Below, piece after piece: positions 27,595-41,135 of a stretch of DNA of 64,000 nt. The notes beneath the pieces are model-generated. The model was not told where the DNA came from, did not search any database, and saw nothing but the letters and a program-made list of their open reading frames with translations. Both the position numbers and the translations under genes were made by a program. Where the stretch lies: positions 61,132,001 to 61,196,000 of the forward strand of contig OX597833.1 of NCBI GenBank assembly GCA_951406725.2, written 5' to 3'. Origin of the DNA: Octopus vulgaris. Lineage: Eukaryota. The first letter of the stretch is position 1, and each line of letters begins with the position of its first letter.

Positions 27595-28094
27595 TACCGT
27601 AAACCCTCGAGTATAATCCGCAATTTTTCCCCAAAATTTAAAGGTCAAAATCCCTAGTGCGTACCATATACGAGGTTAAAAATGAAAAATATTTCCTAAG
27701 CAATGTCCGAGTCTCTATTTGCTGTCCGGCAATGTTTATTCTGATGCATTTTGTGATGTCGGGCATGAAAATACCCTAAGCTAAGCCTGAAAGCAATGAA
27801 ATCATAAAAGAATCATCCATAACTTGCAGTAAGCAACATTTATTAAATGTTATTACTGTTATTTCTTTATTTTCTGCAAACAAAATGCACAAAAAAGCTA
27901 CACATTTGCATTATGTTATATATACAATAATAATAAAGGACATTACCATATACATTTTTACAAACCAAGGACGTTATATAGACCTCCTTGACTCAAGTTA
28001 GAGATGGGGTTGCGTATTATACACAAGGTTTGGGTTTTTCAAAGGTACAGCCCCCTAAAAATCCCCTGCATATTATACTCAAGGATTTACGGTA
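27595..28094. mobile_element. Tc1/pogo-type non-autonomous element
   Basis: TIRs TACCGTAAACCCTCGAGTATAAT ... ATTATACTCAAGGATTTACGGTA with TA termini. Confidence 0.8.
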
Positions 28095-28608
28095 ATCATA
28101 TGTTTTAAATGCTTCATGAAAGCTATACTACTCTTGCAGTCATAATCATATACTTACATCTATGGTGATGAGGTCTCCAGGTGGCACCACCTGTATACGT
28201 ATCTTTTCAGAGACATAGTGGCCAAATGATTCACATTGCACAGCTGGAACAGAGAGTGCGAGTTCAAATCTGGTCCTGGGTGTTTCATATTCTGTTGTTT
28301 CTGTATTTCCAGTTGTTTAGGAATGATACACCAAGATTTTTCTGTGGGCGAAGTGCATTCCCTCTTTCATTCTCTTCCACCCACAGCACCTTGCTACCTG
28401 CACCTTGATTACCAAGGACATACATCTAAGCAATACATAAGATATGTATTGAAATATAAAATTAAAATAATGTTTACACCATAGGAGTACCTTCTGGGTA
28501 TGCTGCAGAAGTTTCTCACACTCACCAAAGATGGTAAGTTTTCTCTGCCATATTTCTCTACTTGCTGTAATATGATATAATCTGGTCATAATTTCTTTTC
28601 AAGTCTTA

Positions 28609-28896
28609 TCTATAATATAAATTGGACATGGGCGATCATTGTATTCTTTCTTGTCTTGAGGTTCACAGCCAAACGGCTGGGTGGATTCACCTGAAAAATG
28701 GCACGTATGTGGAGACGGGTGCATAGATTGGAATGTGGTTTGTACTTTTTTCCTAGCCCCCATAGTTACCGAGAAAATTGATTCAGGGGACCTGAAATGA
28801 TAAGGTTGAGAAACACTGTTACAGATTATGCCCAACCGAAAACAATCACAGCCACATCATCCAAACAGACTGGGTGAAACCGGGCTTAGCTGCTAG
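28609..28896 (+). mobile_element. Short non-autonomous Helitron
   Basis: A|TCTATAATATAA start; GC-rich degenerate hairpin (ctgggtgaaaccggg) about 10 nt before the CTAG|T end. Confidence 0.6.
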
Positions 28897-29748
28897 TAAT
28901 ATATACTTATAAACAAGAGTAAGTCAGAGTGATGTTGTATTCTGTATAGAAATAGCCATAAGTTTGTTATACTTAAAGCACAACAGTAGTTGCAGTAGTA
29001 GTAGTTGGTAGGACATGGTAACACACCCTGTGACATTAACCCTTTTAATACTAATCCATCCACCCAAGACTGGTCCTAGATCTATAATACAAATTTTCTC
29101 AAAATTTTATCTCAATTTGTGTTCTAAACATCTGTTTGACACTCTGGCATTTAAACCAGCCATATCTGGCCCAAATATTCTACCTGTTCTATCTTCAGGC
29201 TAGCCAGATCCAGCCTCTCACACCTACCCTGCAATGTCATTCTAAAAGTAAACAATCGTAACTTTGAAATCTGAAAGTTAGCAGATAATACAGGATTAAC
29301 TTTTAATAAACAAGCATTACATTTGAATTGAGTAAATAAATAACTAGAGAAACCAATAAATCTGCTTGATAACTTGGTTTACCTGGTATTAGGGGTATAA
29401 TTCCACTAAACAGAAGAGAGAACAAGATTCAATCACTGTAAAAAAAATAGACCCAAAGATGAGACTGGGCCAGAGCCAGGCCTCCCTCAAAGGAAAGGCA
29501 TACAATGAATTTTATATGTTCATTTTAATAAAGCCGCAGATAACTGTCCATTGATTGAATGTGGACTGGTTCAACTAGTACATGTTGGTGCAGGAGTAAA
29601 GACGATGTCCTTTTTTTTCTGCAGGTTCTTAACAACTGTGTACCCTGCCACACTAATCAAAAGGCCTAATCCTTTCATCACAATTCCAGCCTTCTAGACC
29701 TTTCTTCCCATCATGTTTCTTTTTTTTCCCATACAGGCACTGACTTGA

Positions 29749-30201
29749 CCCTTTAGCATTCAGATTACTCTGTCAAATGTAAAGCTTATTTCTTCATGTT
29801 GTTTTGAATTAATCATCCGTTATCTCATAGCTTTGAGATTTCAATGATGTGGTTGTATATTCTTAGAATGACAAATTAGGGTAAGGTATGAGAGGCCAGA
29901 TCCGGCTTGTCTGAACATAAAACAAGCAGAATATTTGGGCCAGATATGGCCATGGCCAGTTTAAATACTAAAAGGGGTTAACCCTTTCATTATCAACCCG
30001 GTTGAAACTGCCTCTGACTCTGTAGTACAAATGTCTTGTTTTCATAAGTTTTGAATTAAAACCTTCCACCAATCCTTTGTCACAATTTATCTTCCTAACA
30101 CTTGCTTCATGATAACTAAGTTATTTTACAAAATTTTTGTTGCATCTAAAATAATTGAGAGAAACACAGAGCATCTCAAAATAAATATAGTAATGAAAGG
30201 G
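29749..30201. mobile_element. Two tandem piggyBac-type MITEs sharing a TTAA (29749-29977 and 29982-30201)
   Basis: CCCTTT...AAAGGG termini with TTAA at 29978-29981 and 30202-30205; related copies near 29040-29330, 52970-53170 and 61220-61385. Confidence 0.7.
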
Positions 30202-30889
30202 TTAAAGTGGTTCAAACCAAACTGTATCAACTTGTTCAGATTCTGGAAGGGCTTTTAAAAGTATTGGTCTTCCTAGTTTTTGGACAGCATACAACGGTTA
30301 TGGGCCCTGTCCCCTCCTCATCTAACCCATAAATAGAAAGAAAGAATATAAAGTTCTACTTAATTATTTGATAGTTTCCATTAGGAAAACCAATCGAGTG
30401 TAAGAATGTCCTGTAAACGAAGCAACAGCTCTGTTTAACGAGCATGTTAATAAATAAATAAATGAATAAATGAATTCTCTATTATTTGTGCTTCACACCC
30501 CCTCGTTTACAATATAGATTTTAGAAGTGTTGTAAGCAGGAGCAGTTGTAAAGGACTCACTTTCCACTTGATTTACAGCTTAGAACAAGGGGGGAAGTCA
30601 ATAATATATTAAGACCATTGTTGTGTGCGGGTGTCTAACATGGTCGATAAAACTTGTGGTTATAATCTTTGTTTTTTCAATTGTGTTGTCTGAACATGTC
30701 CTTAGGTTGTGTATGTGTGTGTATGTGTATATGTATGCACAGATGCACACACATAAACATATATCCCATTGTAGTCACTGCTTGCTGTGTGATCAATTGA
30801 TTGATTTCCTTCTATCTCGCCTTCTCCTTTCTCTCTTCCCCCTCTCATAATTGTAGTCCTGCCTGAGCTTGTCTTCTGCTGTTTGTATA

Positions 30890-30944
<55 letters not shown>

Positions 30945-31081
30945 ATATATATGTATATGTGTGTGTGTGTATATATATGTATATGTGTGTGTGTGTATAT
31001 ATATGTATATGTGTGTGTGTGTATATATATATATGTATGTGTGTGTGTGTGTATATATGTGTGTGTGTGTATATATATATA

Positions 31082-31114
<33 letters not shown>

Positions 31115-32411
31115 ATATATGTGTGTGTGTGTGTATATATGTGTGTGTGTATATATGTGTGTGTGTGTGTATATATGTGTGTGTGTATATATATATATGT
31201 GTGTGTATATATATGTGTGTGTGTGTATATATATGTATATGTGTGTGTATATATATGTATATATGTGTGTGTGTGTATATATATGTGTATGTGTGTGTGT
31301 GTATATATATGTGTATGTGTGTGTGTGTATATATATGTGTATATGTGTGTGTGTGTGTATATATATGTGTATATATGTATATATATTTATATATATATGT
31401 ATATGTATGTATGTATATATATATATGTATCATCATCATTTATTAATTTCTGAGTGTTTGTGACAGAATGTTTTATGTTATTCAATATTCTGGTACTAGG
31501 GTGTTACCTGTCGCATGACAGGTTCCATTAGGAATATACTCAGCTGCTGTCAGCAATGTTGGGAATGTTATGTAATATGCAATAAATGTAGCTTCAGTTT
31601 TTTCACAAAAAGTGGTTGCTTTCGCGATATAATGAAATGCATATTTATTTCTTATATACATATTTATATATCATGGTATTCCTGATATTGACCAGTGCTG
31701 TTGTTATACATCGCTGGTCACAGTGCACTTCACATTGTTATAACCTTCAAATGATGCTGCTCTGCTGGTTGGGCGAGCAATTCAAGCCCCACTCTCAATC
31801 GGAAGTGCAGTGTTACCCATATTCAGCTGAGTGGACTGGAGCAACATAAAATGAAGGGTTTTGCTCAAGAACACAATGTGCTGCCTGATCCAGGAGTTGA
31901 ACCTACGATCTAGCAGTTGAGAGTGCAACACCCTAACTACTAGGCCATGTGCTTACACACACACACACACATATTGTATTTCAGCTGTAAATGGTTAACC
32001 TGCAACGGACTGGCATTCCATTCTGGGGGAATGGTGACCTACCTGCCTAACAAACAGGGTGGCATCATTCATAAACTACAACGATGTGAGGAAGTGCATC
32101 GTGGCTAGTGGGATATAACAACATCCGACAGTATGGTCCATATAATGTTATGTATGTATGAGGATTTAGAAATTTCTGGATGTATATCGCTGGTGGAGAG
32201 ATTGCTGCTATCTCTAGCTTTGGTATTTGCCATTGACAAGGCCAAGGAAGGCTGAAATCATATGACCTAGCAGTCCTACAGGTGATAACATAATTATCTG
32301 TGGAATAAACGTGAATGCTTATCTGCCTTACAAGTTCTTATGAGAGGTTCTCTAATGGTAATTAATGCAGTGTTTTGTGGTCTATCACAACATCCACTTT
32401 TAAGATGTGAT

Positions 32412-32490
<79 letters not shown>

Positions 32491-33336
32491 TATTAATATT
32501 TAGCAGAGGCAATAAAGTGACTCAAGGGCCAAGAGTTTTACGTGTTGCCACTTATCAAAAGTTTGATAAGTGCCAATGCACGAAGCTCTCAGCTCTTGAA
32601 TCACTCTTTTGCTTCTGCTAAATATTAATAAAAATATATATAAACTCATATTTTAAATTCTACTTTTCTTGTGTGCACCACCAAATATATATGTATATAT
32701 ATATATATAAATTAAATTAGAGATAAAACCACTATTAGGCAACTCAAACAGTGATGTGTGTGTGTGCATATATATGCACGCACACATACATGCATTTATT
32801 AGTTTGACAAGTAAAATCCTGAAACTTAAGTAACACCCTGTTGATGCTATTAGCTTCAAACAAGCACATAACATACATATATATATGTATGTACAAATAT
32901 ACACACACATGCTCTCATATATAGAAATTGTGGATAATATGATGTCAAATGATTTCAGATAATAGATACATGCAGTCAGTGCTCTGGTCAAATTTATGCC
33001 TAAACACCAACTTTGAATGTAGGAATGTGATGTTAGTTGCCTAAATGAAGATTAGTTATTGGCAATGTATCGATCAAGCTGGTATATGAATAATAGAACA
33101 AAAGGAGAGACCAGCAAACAACAGGTATTCGTTCGGATTATTACATATTTATACAACATATAGAGGTATTGCAACTAGTTCCATAGTGGAACTTTTATGC
33201 TAATCTCCTGTGATTCATACCCCCCCCCATGCAGTTGTTGTTCTCTCTCTGTTGTATATTCATTATGATCTAATCTGATAACTGTTGTTTGCCTATCGTT
33301 TTGTTCTATTGCATATACATATGCATACATATGATA

Positions 33337-33500
33337 GGAGGCGCAATGGCCTAGTGGTTAGGGCAGCGGACTTGCGGTCGGAGGATCGCGGTTTCGATTC
33401 CCAGACCGGGCGTTGTGTGTGTTTATTGAGCGAAAAAAACACCTAAAAGCTCCACGAGGCTCCGGCAGGAGGTGGTGATCCCTGCTGTACTCTTTCACCA
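33337..33500 (+). mobile_element. tRNA(Arg)-like-headed SINE family E; other copies near 20947-21100, 21420-21732, 45100-45238, 46720-47022
   Basis: ggaggcgcaatggcctagtggttagggcagcggac...ggtttcgattccc head (A and B boxes) followed by a shared body acacctaaagctccacgagg; dispersed copies. Confidence 0.75.
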
Positions 33501-35131
33501 CTCTAAAGGCGGTGCTCCAGCATGGCCGCAGTCAAATGACTGAAACAAGTACAAAAAAAAAAAAAAAAAAAAAAATACACACACACACATGTACGTATGT
33601 ATTATGTATGTATGGTACAGAATTCATTAGAATCCAGCCACATCATCATGTAGGATGCTAGGACTGGCAAGGTACCATAATGAGTTCACAGTGAGGTAAA
33701 AACTACGAGGTGTCATTTGTTGGTACTATACTGCAGGTATATGTGTGTGTGTGTGTATATATCATCATCATTTAACGTCCGTTCTCCATGCTAGCATGGG
33801 TTGGACGGTTTGACCGGGGATCTGGGAAGCCAGAAGGCTGCACCAGGCTCCAGTCTGATCTGGCAGTGTTTCTACAGCTGGATGCCCTTCCTAACGCCAA
33901 CCACTCCGTGAGTGTAATGGGTGCCTTTTACGTGCCACCTGCACAGGTGCCAGGCGAAGCTGGCAACGGCCATGATCGGATTGGTGCATTTTACGTGCCA
34001 CCAGCATGGAAGCCAGTCAAGGCGGCACTGGCATTGGCCACGATTCGGATGATGCTTTTTATGTGCCACTGGCACGGAAGCCAGTCAAGGTGGCACTGGC
34101 TATATATATATACATATATATACACACACACACACACCAAATAGGTACCATATTCAATATTAAACTGCAGATCCAACTCAGTGTTGGTTCCAAGTGTGGC
34201 GTAGGTATAATAGAATACTGGAACTCACAAAAGGGTTGATAGGGGACCAAGACTCCAGGCAGTTTGCTGTGCTTGAAAAGATACATCAAGTAAAAGCGCA
34301 GTTGCCCTTGCATACAAGCTCATCCCCTGCAATCCTCTCAGCTGAGTATCCCTAATCTTATAGGTTTGTAGGTGCCGGTACCATGTAAAAAGCACCCGTG
34401 TCAGTACTGCATAAGAGCAACCTGTACAGTCTGTAAAGTGGTTGGTTGGAATTAGGAAGGGCATCTAGCCATAGAAATCATGCAAAAACAAACATGGAGC
34501 CTGAACGGCCCTTCAGCTGGTCAGCTCCTGTCAAACCATCCAACCCATGCCAGCAATGGACATCGGTTGTTAAATGATGATGAAATAAGGTTTGAAAACT
34601 TACTGCAGCTGTTTTGGTAGCATTTTATTGATGCACCTATAGATTAACATCACAACATCATTCCATCATGCTCTGATGAAATTTTAAACATGTATAAACA
34701 GGCAAAGTAAAAGCCTTGAACGTGATCTGTTCAACACCTAACATGTTGAGTAATATATACATATACATACACACCAAATGTTTTGTGATTTTAAGCGTAA
34801 ATTCAATGTGTTATATATGCAACATTGATTCTTATATATTTATATATTTTTATATGATGTTTATATATTTATATATTACTATGTTTTTAAACGTCGGACT
34901 TTATGTCTGTTCTGTAGATATAAATGAATATATGAATATATGTATGTGTTTGATCTCTCTGTGGATTTTGTAATGTTCCTTTAGTTGTTGCTTACATTGC
35001 CTCCCCTCGGATTAATAAGTGCATACATACACATATACATACACACACATACATGCATGTGAATCAAAGTTATTATTTGTTTGTTTTGTGTATTTATTTC
35101 AGTTTGCTTTTTTTTTGTTGTTTTCTTATAG

Positions 35132-35198
35132 GTTCAGTTGATTCTACAACAGATGCAAGATAAATTCCAAGAAATGTCAGACAAAATCACCGGAAGAA
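35132..35198 (+). CDS. HSBP1: HSBP1 coding exon 2 (VQLILQQMQDKFQEMSDKITGR + 1 nt)
   Basis: Long polypyrimidine tract and TAG acceptor ending at 35131; LQQMQDKFQxMSD is the HSBP1 signature; 67 nt, followed directly by the U12 donor ATATCCTT. Confidence 0.95.
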
Positions 35199-35858
35199 AT
35201 ATCCTTTTTCTAAACATTGAAGATTGGTGTTCTGCTAGCATTGGTTTAAATTTTTCATCCAGCAACCTCAATGCCAGCATCATTATCATCATCATCATCA
35301 TCATGCTTTTTTTTTCCAAGTTGGCACAGTTTGGATGGGGTTCTTAGGACTGAACCTGGAACCATGTGGTTTGTAAGCAAGCTACTTACCACACAGCCAC
35401 TCCTATGTCTATACGTCTATGTATATGTGTGTATCAATTAACGAATACCTGGCAGGTGTGCAAATGTTCTCAATACTATTTGCATTAGTAGAAGAAATAT
35501 ACATATGTTAGGTATTCATTTATGCCACTTATATTTATTTCTTTATTGCCTACGAGGGGGGGGGGGGGGCTAAACATAGAGGGGACAAACAAGACAGACA
35601 AAGGGATTAAGTCAATTACATAGACCCCAGTGCGTAACTGGTACTGATTTAATCGACCCCGAAAAGATGAAAGGCAAAGTCAACCTCGGCAGAATTTGAA
35701 CTCAGAAAGTAACAGCAGACGAAATACTGCTAAGCATTTTGCCCGGCATGCTAATGAATATGCCAGCTTGCTGCCCTTTGTGCTACTTATATTTATTGTG
35801 TCTTGTATTGAGTCCTTTTTGAATCATTTCCCTTTCAGAGGAAATCCATGAACAACTT

Positions 35859-36185
35859 ATCATCATCATCATCGTTAAACGTCCGCTTTCCATGCTAGCA
35901 TGGGTTGGACGATTTGACTGAGGTCTGGCGAACCAGATGGCTGCACCAGGCTCCAATCTGATCTGGCAGAGTTTCTACAGCTGGATGCCCTTCCTAATAC
36001 CAACCACTCCGAGAATGTAGTGGGTGCTTTTCTGTGCCACCGGTACGAGGGCCAGTCAGGCGGTACTGGCAACGGTCACACTCAAATGGTGCTTGTTATG
36101 TGTCACCTGCACAAGAGCCAGTCCAGCGGCACTGGCAACGACCTCGCTCAAATGTTTTTTCACGTGCCACCAGCACAAGTGCCAG
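35859..36185 (-). mobile_element. SINE/retroposon family C with (GAT)n tail; other copies near 4260-4400, 12420-12760, 14417-14740, 18260-18800, 33760-34100, 39330-39523, 41135-41435, 42105-42608, 52285-52440
   Basis: Recurrent gagtggttggcgttaggaagggcatccagctgtagaaac...caacccatgctagcatggaaa.cggacgttaaacgatgatgat, with an internal gtgccaccggcac minisatellite. Confidence 0.8.
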
Positions 36186-38570
36186 TAAGGCAACACAGGT
36201 ATTACTATGTATATATTTATATAAATATAAAAATGTGTATGTCACACATACACTCACACCCATATGGGAATTCCGGCACCCACGACAGACGAATTTCATC
36301 TGCTATGATCTATCTGTATACTTTTATGCGCCAAACCCCTATATGAGAGGATCTCTCAAGGCTAATAGTGCCGTATTCAGTGTTCTAACAGAGCATCCTT
36401 GTTAAGTTGGATATAGAAAATCTCATTGATTTGAACCCAGTCATGCCTCAGCTTGTTACAGTCAACCAGTAGAAACCTGTTGATTTCTTGTTGCTATATA
36501 AACTACTTAAAGTTATGCCTGGGGTTTAGGTGCTTTTGTTGCATTGTCAGTTTTCTGTGTTAAGTTATAGGGACTGGTTGACATATGCTTATCAAATGCT
36601 CAGTTTTTTTCTTATTTATATCTGTTATTTGTTGTGTTACCCTATTTGTATTGAAATGCTTTGTGCATTTCAATTGATTTTCAAAATAACAATATGCTGG
36701 GAGTTACTAAAACAACTAGTTACTACATTATTAATTTGCAACATAACAAAATATTCTTAGATAAATTTCTGATGGAAGGATTAATTTAAGTATAAACACG
36801 TTCAGATTAAAGGTTTGTGTATTGCAACACCAGGAGCAGTCAGAAGTGTGTTGGTCACAAAAGGGGTTAAAGGGAATTTTATAATCATGTTCTGTAGGGA
36901 GACAATGTCTGTTTGGAGGAAGAGGTGATTAAATGCTGAACCAATTAAGTTTAAACTTATCTCTTGAGGAGATTAATCTTTGCTACGAGATAATGTATGC
37001 CATAATTGTGCTGTTTGTCTGTTCAGCAAACTAAGAAAATAGTAATTGTGGTAAGTAGCTTGTTTACCAACCACGTTCCGGGTTCAGTCCTACTGCGTGG
37101 CACCTTGGGCAAGTGTCTTCTACTATAGCCTTTGGCTGACCAAAGCCTTGTGAGTGGATTTGGTAGACGGAAACTGAAAGAAGCCTGTCATATATATGTA
37201 TATATACATATGTGTTTGTGTGTCTGTGTTTGTCCCCCTAGCATTGCTTGACAACCGATGCTGGTGTGTTTATGTCCTCGTTACTTAGCAGTTCGGCAAA
37301 AGAGACCGATAGAATAAGTACTGGGCTTACAAAAGAATAAGTCCCGGGGTCGAGTTGCTCAATTAAAGGCGGTGCTCCAGCATGGCCACAGTCAAATGAC
37401 TGAAACAAGTAAAAGAGTAAAGAGTATATATATATAGGTATGGTTGTGTGGTTGGGAGCTTGCTTCCCAGCCATATAGTTCCAGGTTCAGTCCCATTGCA
37501 TGGCACCTTGGGCAAGTGTCTTCTACTATGGCCCTGGGTCAACAAAAAAAAAATAGCCTTGTGAGTAGATTTGGTAGACAGAAACTGAAAGAAGGTGGTG
37601 AACTGGCAGAAATGTTAGCACGCTGGGCGAAATGCTTAGCGGTGTTTTGTCTGCCGCTACGTTCTGAGTTCAAATTCCGCCGAGGTTGGCTTTGCCTTTC
37701 ATCCTTTTGGGGTCAATAAATTAAGTACCAGTTATGCACTGGGGTCGATATAATCGACTTAATCCGTTTGTCTGTCCTTGTTTGTCCTCTTTGTGTTTAG
37801 CCCCTTGTGGGCAATAAAGAAATAAGAAACTGAAAGAAGCTTGTCGTGTGGGTGTGTCATTGTGTGTCTGTCCCTAACACTACTTGACAAACTTAGCAGT
37901 TTGGCAAAGAGAGAGCAATAGAATAAGTACCGATTTGATGGAGAGAGTGAGCTAATGTATGGCACATGCATTTGATCACTATAAACAAATCAGGTCGTGT
38001 GCAGGTCGTTTGGCAACAGGTGAACACTCATACATCGTCCTTGATGGGAGAGTCCATTATATTTTATATATATCAGTTATATCTATAGGTCTACATACTT
38101 TGAAAAACTATACTTGTTTATGGTATGCGTATGTGTGTATATATCTACACACACACGCACACTCTCCCTATATATATGTTATCAGTTATATATAGTTCTA
38201 CATGCACTGAAAACCTATATTTGTCTATGGTATGCATGTGTATGTATGTATATATATGTACTATCTCTCTCTCACACACACACTCTTCCTATATATATGT
38301 TATCAGTTCATTATATATAGGTCTACATACATTGAAAAACTATACTTGTCTATGGTATGCATGTGTGTGTGTGTATGTGTATGTCTATTTGTGGTGTCCT
38401 GTACTTATGTATATATATTTATATATGCATGTATATATACATGTAGATGTAGGTACATATATCTATGTATGTATGCATATATTTTATTTATTACACTATT
38501 GTATGACTGAGCGCCCTCGCGTCGATCCGATTCGTTTTCGTTTCGTTTCATCTCCTCCAAGTAAGTTTTG

Positions 38571-38612
<42 letters not shown>

Positions 38613-38785
38613 TCTCTCTCACACACACACTTATTATATATATATAAGTTATCAGTTCATTATATATAGGTTTACTTACACTGAAAAACTATACTTGTCT
38701 ATAGTATGCATGTGTATGTATGTATGTATGTGCGTGTGTGTATATGTATATATATATATATATACACACACATGCGCACACTCCC

Positions 38786-38828
<43 letters not shown>

Positions 38829-39686
38829 TATCAGTTATGTATAGGTTTACATACATTGAAAAACTATACTTGTCTCTGGTGTATGTACATACATTTGAGA
38901 GGATGAAATCAGGTGTTAAATGTCATTGTGAGCCACACATCAGCAGTGGTGACATTCTAGTGGTCACTGACCAGTGTCAGGATGACTGGTCACTGACCTC
39001 TGTCAGGATGACTGGTCACTGACCAATTGGTTGTTAGCTGGACAAACTAACATTTCAGTCTGTTTTGGCCGACACTGATATTGTAACATCACACACTAAT
39101 TGATCATTAATATCTAATTACTAATTAGTTTGATGTGAACCCGTTATTAATTAGGTTATGATTCTGCAGTAATTAGAAATATTGTCTGATGTTGCTTTGA
39201 GTCAGTAGATCAAACGAAACAGAGGTTTCTGACCTCTGACCTTTTGTAATTATACTTCTAATAGGTGCAGGTGTTGCTGTGAGGTAGGAATGGTCCCTTC
39301 AGGTATGGTCATTGCCAGCGTCACCAGACTGGCCCCTATGCCAGTGGCATTTAAAAAGCACCCACTACACTCTCGGAGTGGTTGGCATTAGGAAGGGCAT
39401 CCAGCTGTAGAAACCTTGCCAGAACAGATTGGAATCTGGCACAGCCTTCTGGCTTGCCAGTCCTCGGTCAAACCATCCAACCCATGCCAGCATGGAAAGT
39501 GGACGTTAAAAGATGATGATGATATTTGTATGTATGTTCATGTGTTTGGAGAGCTTAATAGGTTTCCAGTGGTAATGCAGTAATCATCATTGATTTCATG
39601 TGGTGAACTCTAATTTTAATTAATTGAGACTATATCTGTATGTAAAGGGAGTAAACACTGTTGAACAATGTTTAAGTCAACCAAAT

Positions 39687-40024
39687 CACCTTGACCAACC
39701 AGTCCGTCGGGCGTCTATTTGTCACCTCTGGTCACAGCACGCTGTCCACTCCTCTCTGGATCACACTTTCCTCATCCATGTGATCTCAATTGCCCTCCTG
39801 AAATCGTAATTCCACCGTTGTGGAGGCCTTCCAGGTGGTCGTTTCCACTTGCGCAGGTACCACTCGACAACTGCGCGGGTCCACCGATTATCGGTGAATC
39901 AGGCGACGTGTCCAGCCCACCTAAACTTGCTGCGTGTGACATCCCTCTACGGTGACATCCCTCACGCCAGACTTCTCTTTGATGACCTCACTACTGATGT
40001 GCTCTCTCAATGAGATTCCAAGCA
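39687..40024 (-). mobile_element. 5'-truncated RTE LINE insertion with 15-bp TSD, inside the HSBP1 minor intron
   Basis: Minus strand reads KFRWAGHVA*FTDNRWTRAVVEWY...RPPGRPPQRW; TTAAGTCAACCAAAT at 39672-39686 and 40025-40039. Confidence 0.85.
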
Positions 40025-41094
40025 TTAAGTCAACCAAATAAAGGCAAAGGAACTTAAATAGCGTATATGAGACTTCGGGATGTAAACTTATTAAAAAATT
40101 TCATAATTTTTGCCTTTATAAGTCAACCAAATAAAGGCAAAAATTATGTAATTTTTTAATAAGTTTACATCCCAAAGTCTCATATACGCTATTTAAGTTC
40201 CTTTGCCTGGTCTGTTGGCATGAGTTTCTCAGGGTTATATAGAAGCAGGTATTTTGGTACATCACAAACTCCACTAACTCACAGTAGTTCTACAGAATTT
40301 ATATTTCTACAACAGCAGTCTGTCATGGACCACCGCCAAGTGTCCTGTAATGTTTTGATGACATCACTGTCTTGTCAATCAGTCGTCAATCCCTGTTGAC
40401 ACAGTCACTTTAATGACACTATAGGATTAGTCTTTAATCTTGGATTATACATACATTAATCACCACAACCTCACCGACTGACTTGTCAGACTGGAATTAA
40501 TCTATGTTATTATATTCACCTTCCTGTTGACAAACTTCTTGTCTGTAACCCTGGATATAAGGCCCTTGTTGGCTGTTGTCAACTGAAGCCACCTAAACCC
40601 AGAATTTGTGATGTGCATTAGAAGTAGATAATATGGCAAGGAGTCGGGGGGTTAGGGTAGTGTTCAGCAGATAAGGGTGACAACTCTAGACAAGTCCCAG
40701 CCTTATTACATCTCCTTAGTAGGTAACGTAATGAAGAAGGATAATGTGGTGTTTAGCAGAGAAGAGTGACAAATCTAGCCATGATTTTAGTTTTATTAGA
40801 CCTTCTTAGATAGGATAACAAGAGAAAGATAGTGTGTTAAGAAGCTGACAAGGACGAGAACTCTAGATATGTTTCAGTCTTATTCTACTTCTTTAAGTTA
40901 TCGGAAATCATCATAATAATTTAACATCCACTTTCCATGCTGGCATCGGATGGTTTGACAGTTGCTGGCCAGACAGAAGACTGCACCATGCCTCTCTGTT
41001 TTGGTATCGTTTTTACAACTGGATGCCCTTCATAACACCAACAATGAACTCTATTACGTCTTGGATACTTTTTCTCAGTTGAATATCCAATGTC

Positions 41095-41135
<41 letters not shown>

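Noticed and set aside
35138-35347. Stand-alone 69-aa ORF as a gene
   Set aside because: It is HSBP1 exon 2 read through into the AT-AC intron.
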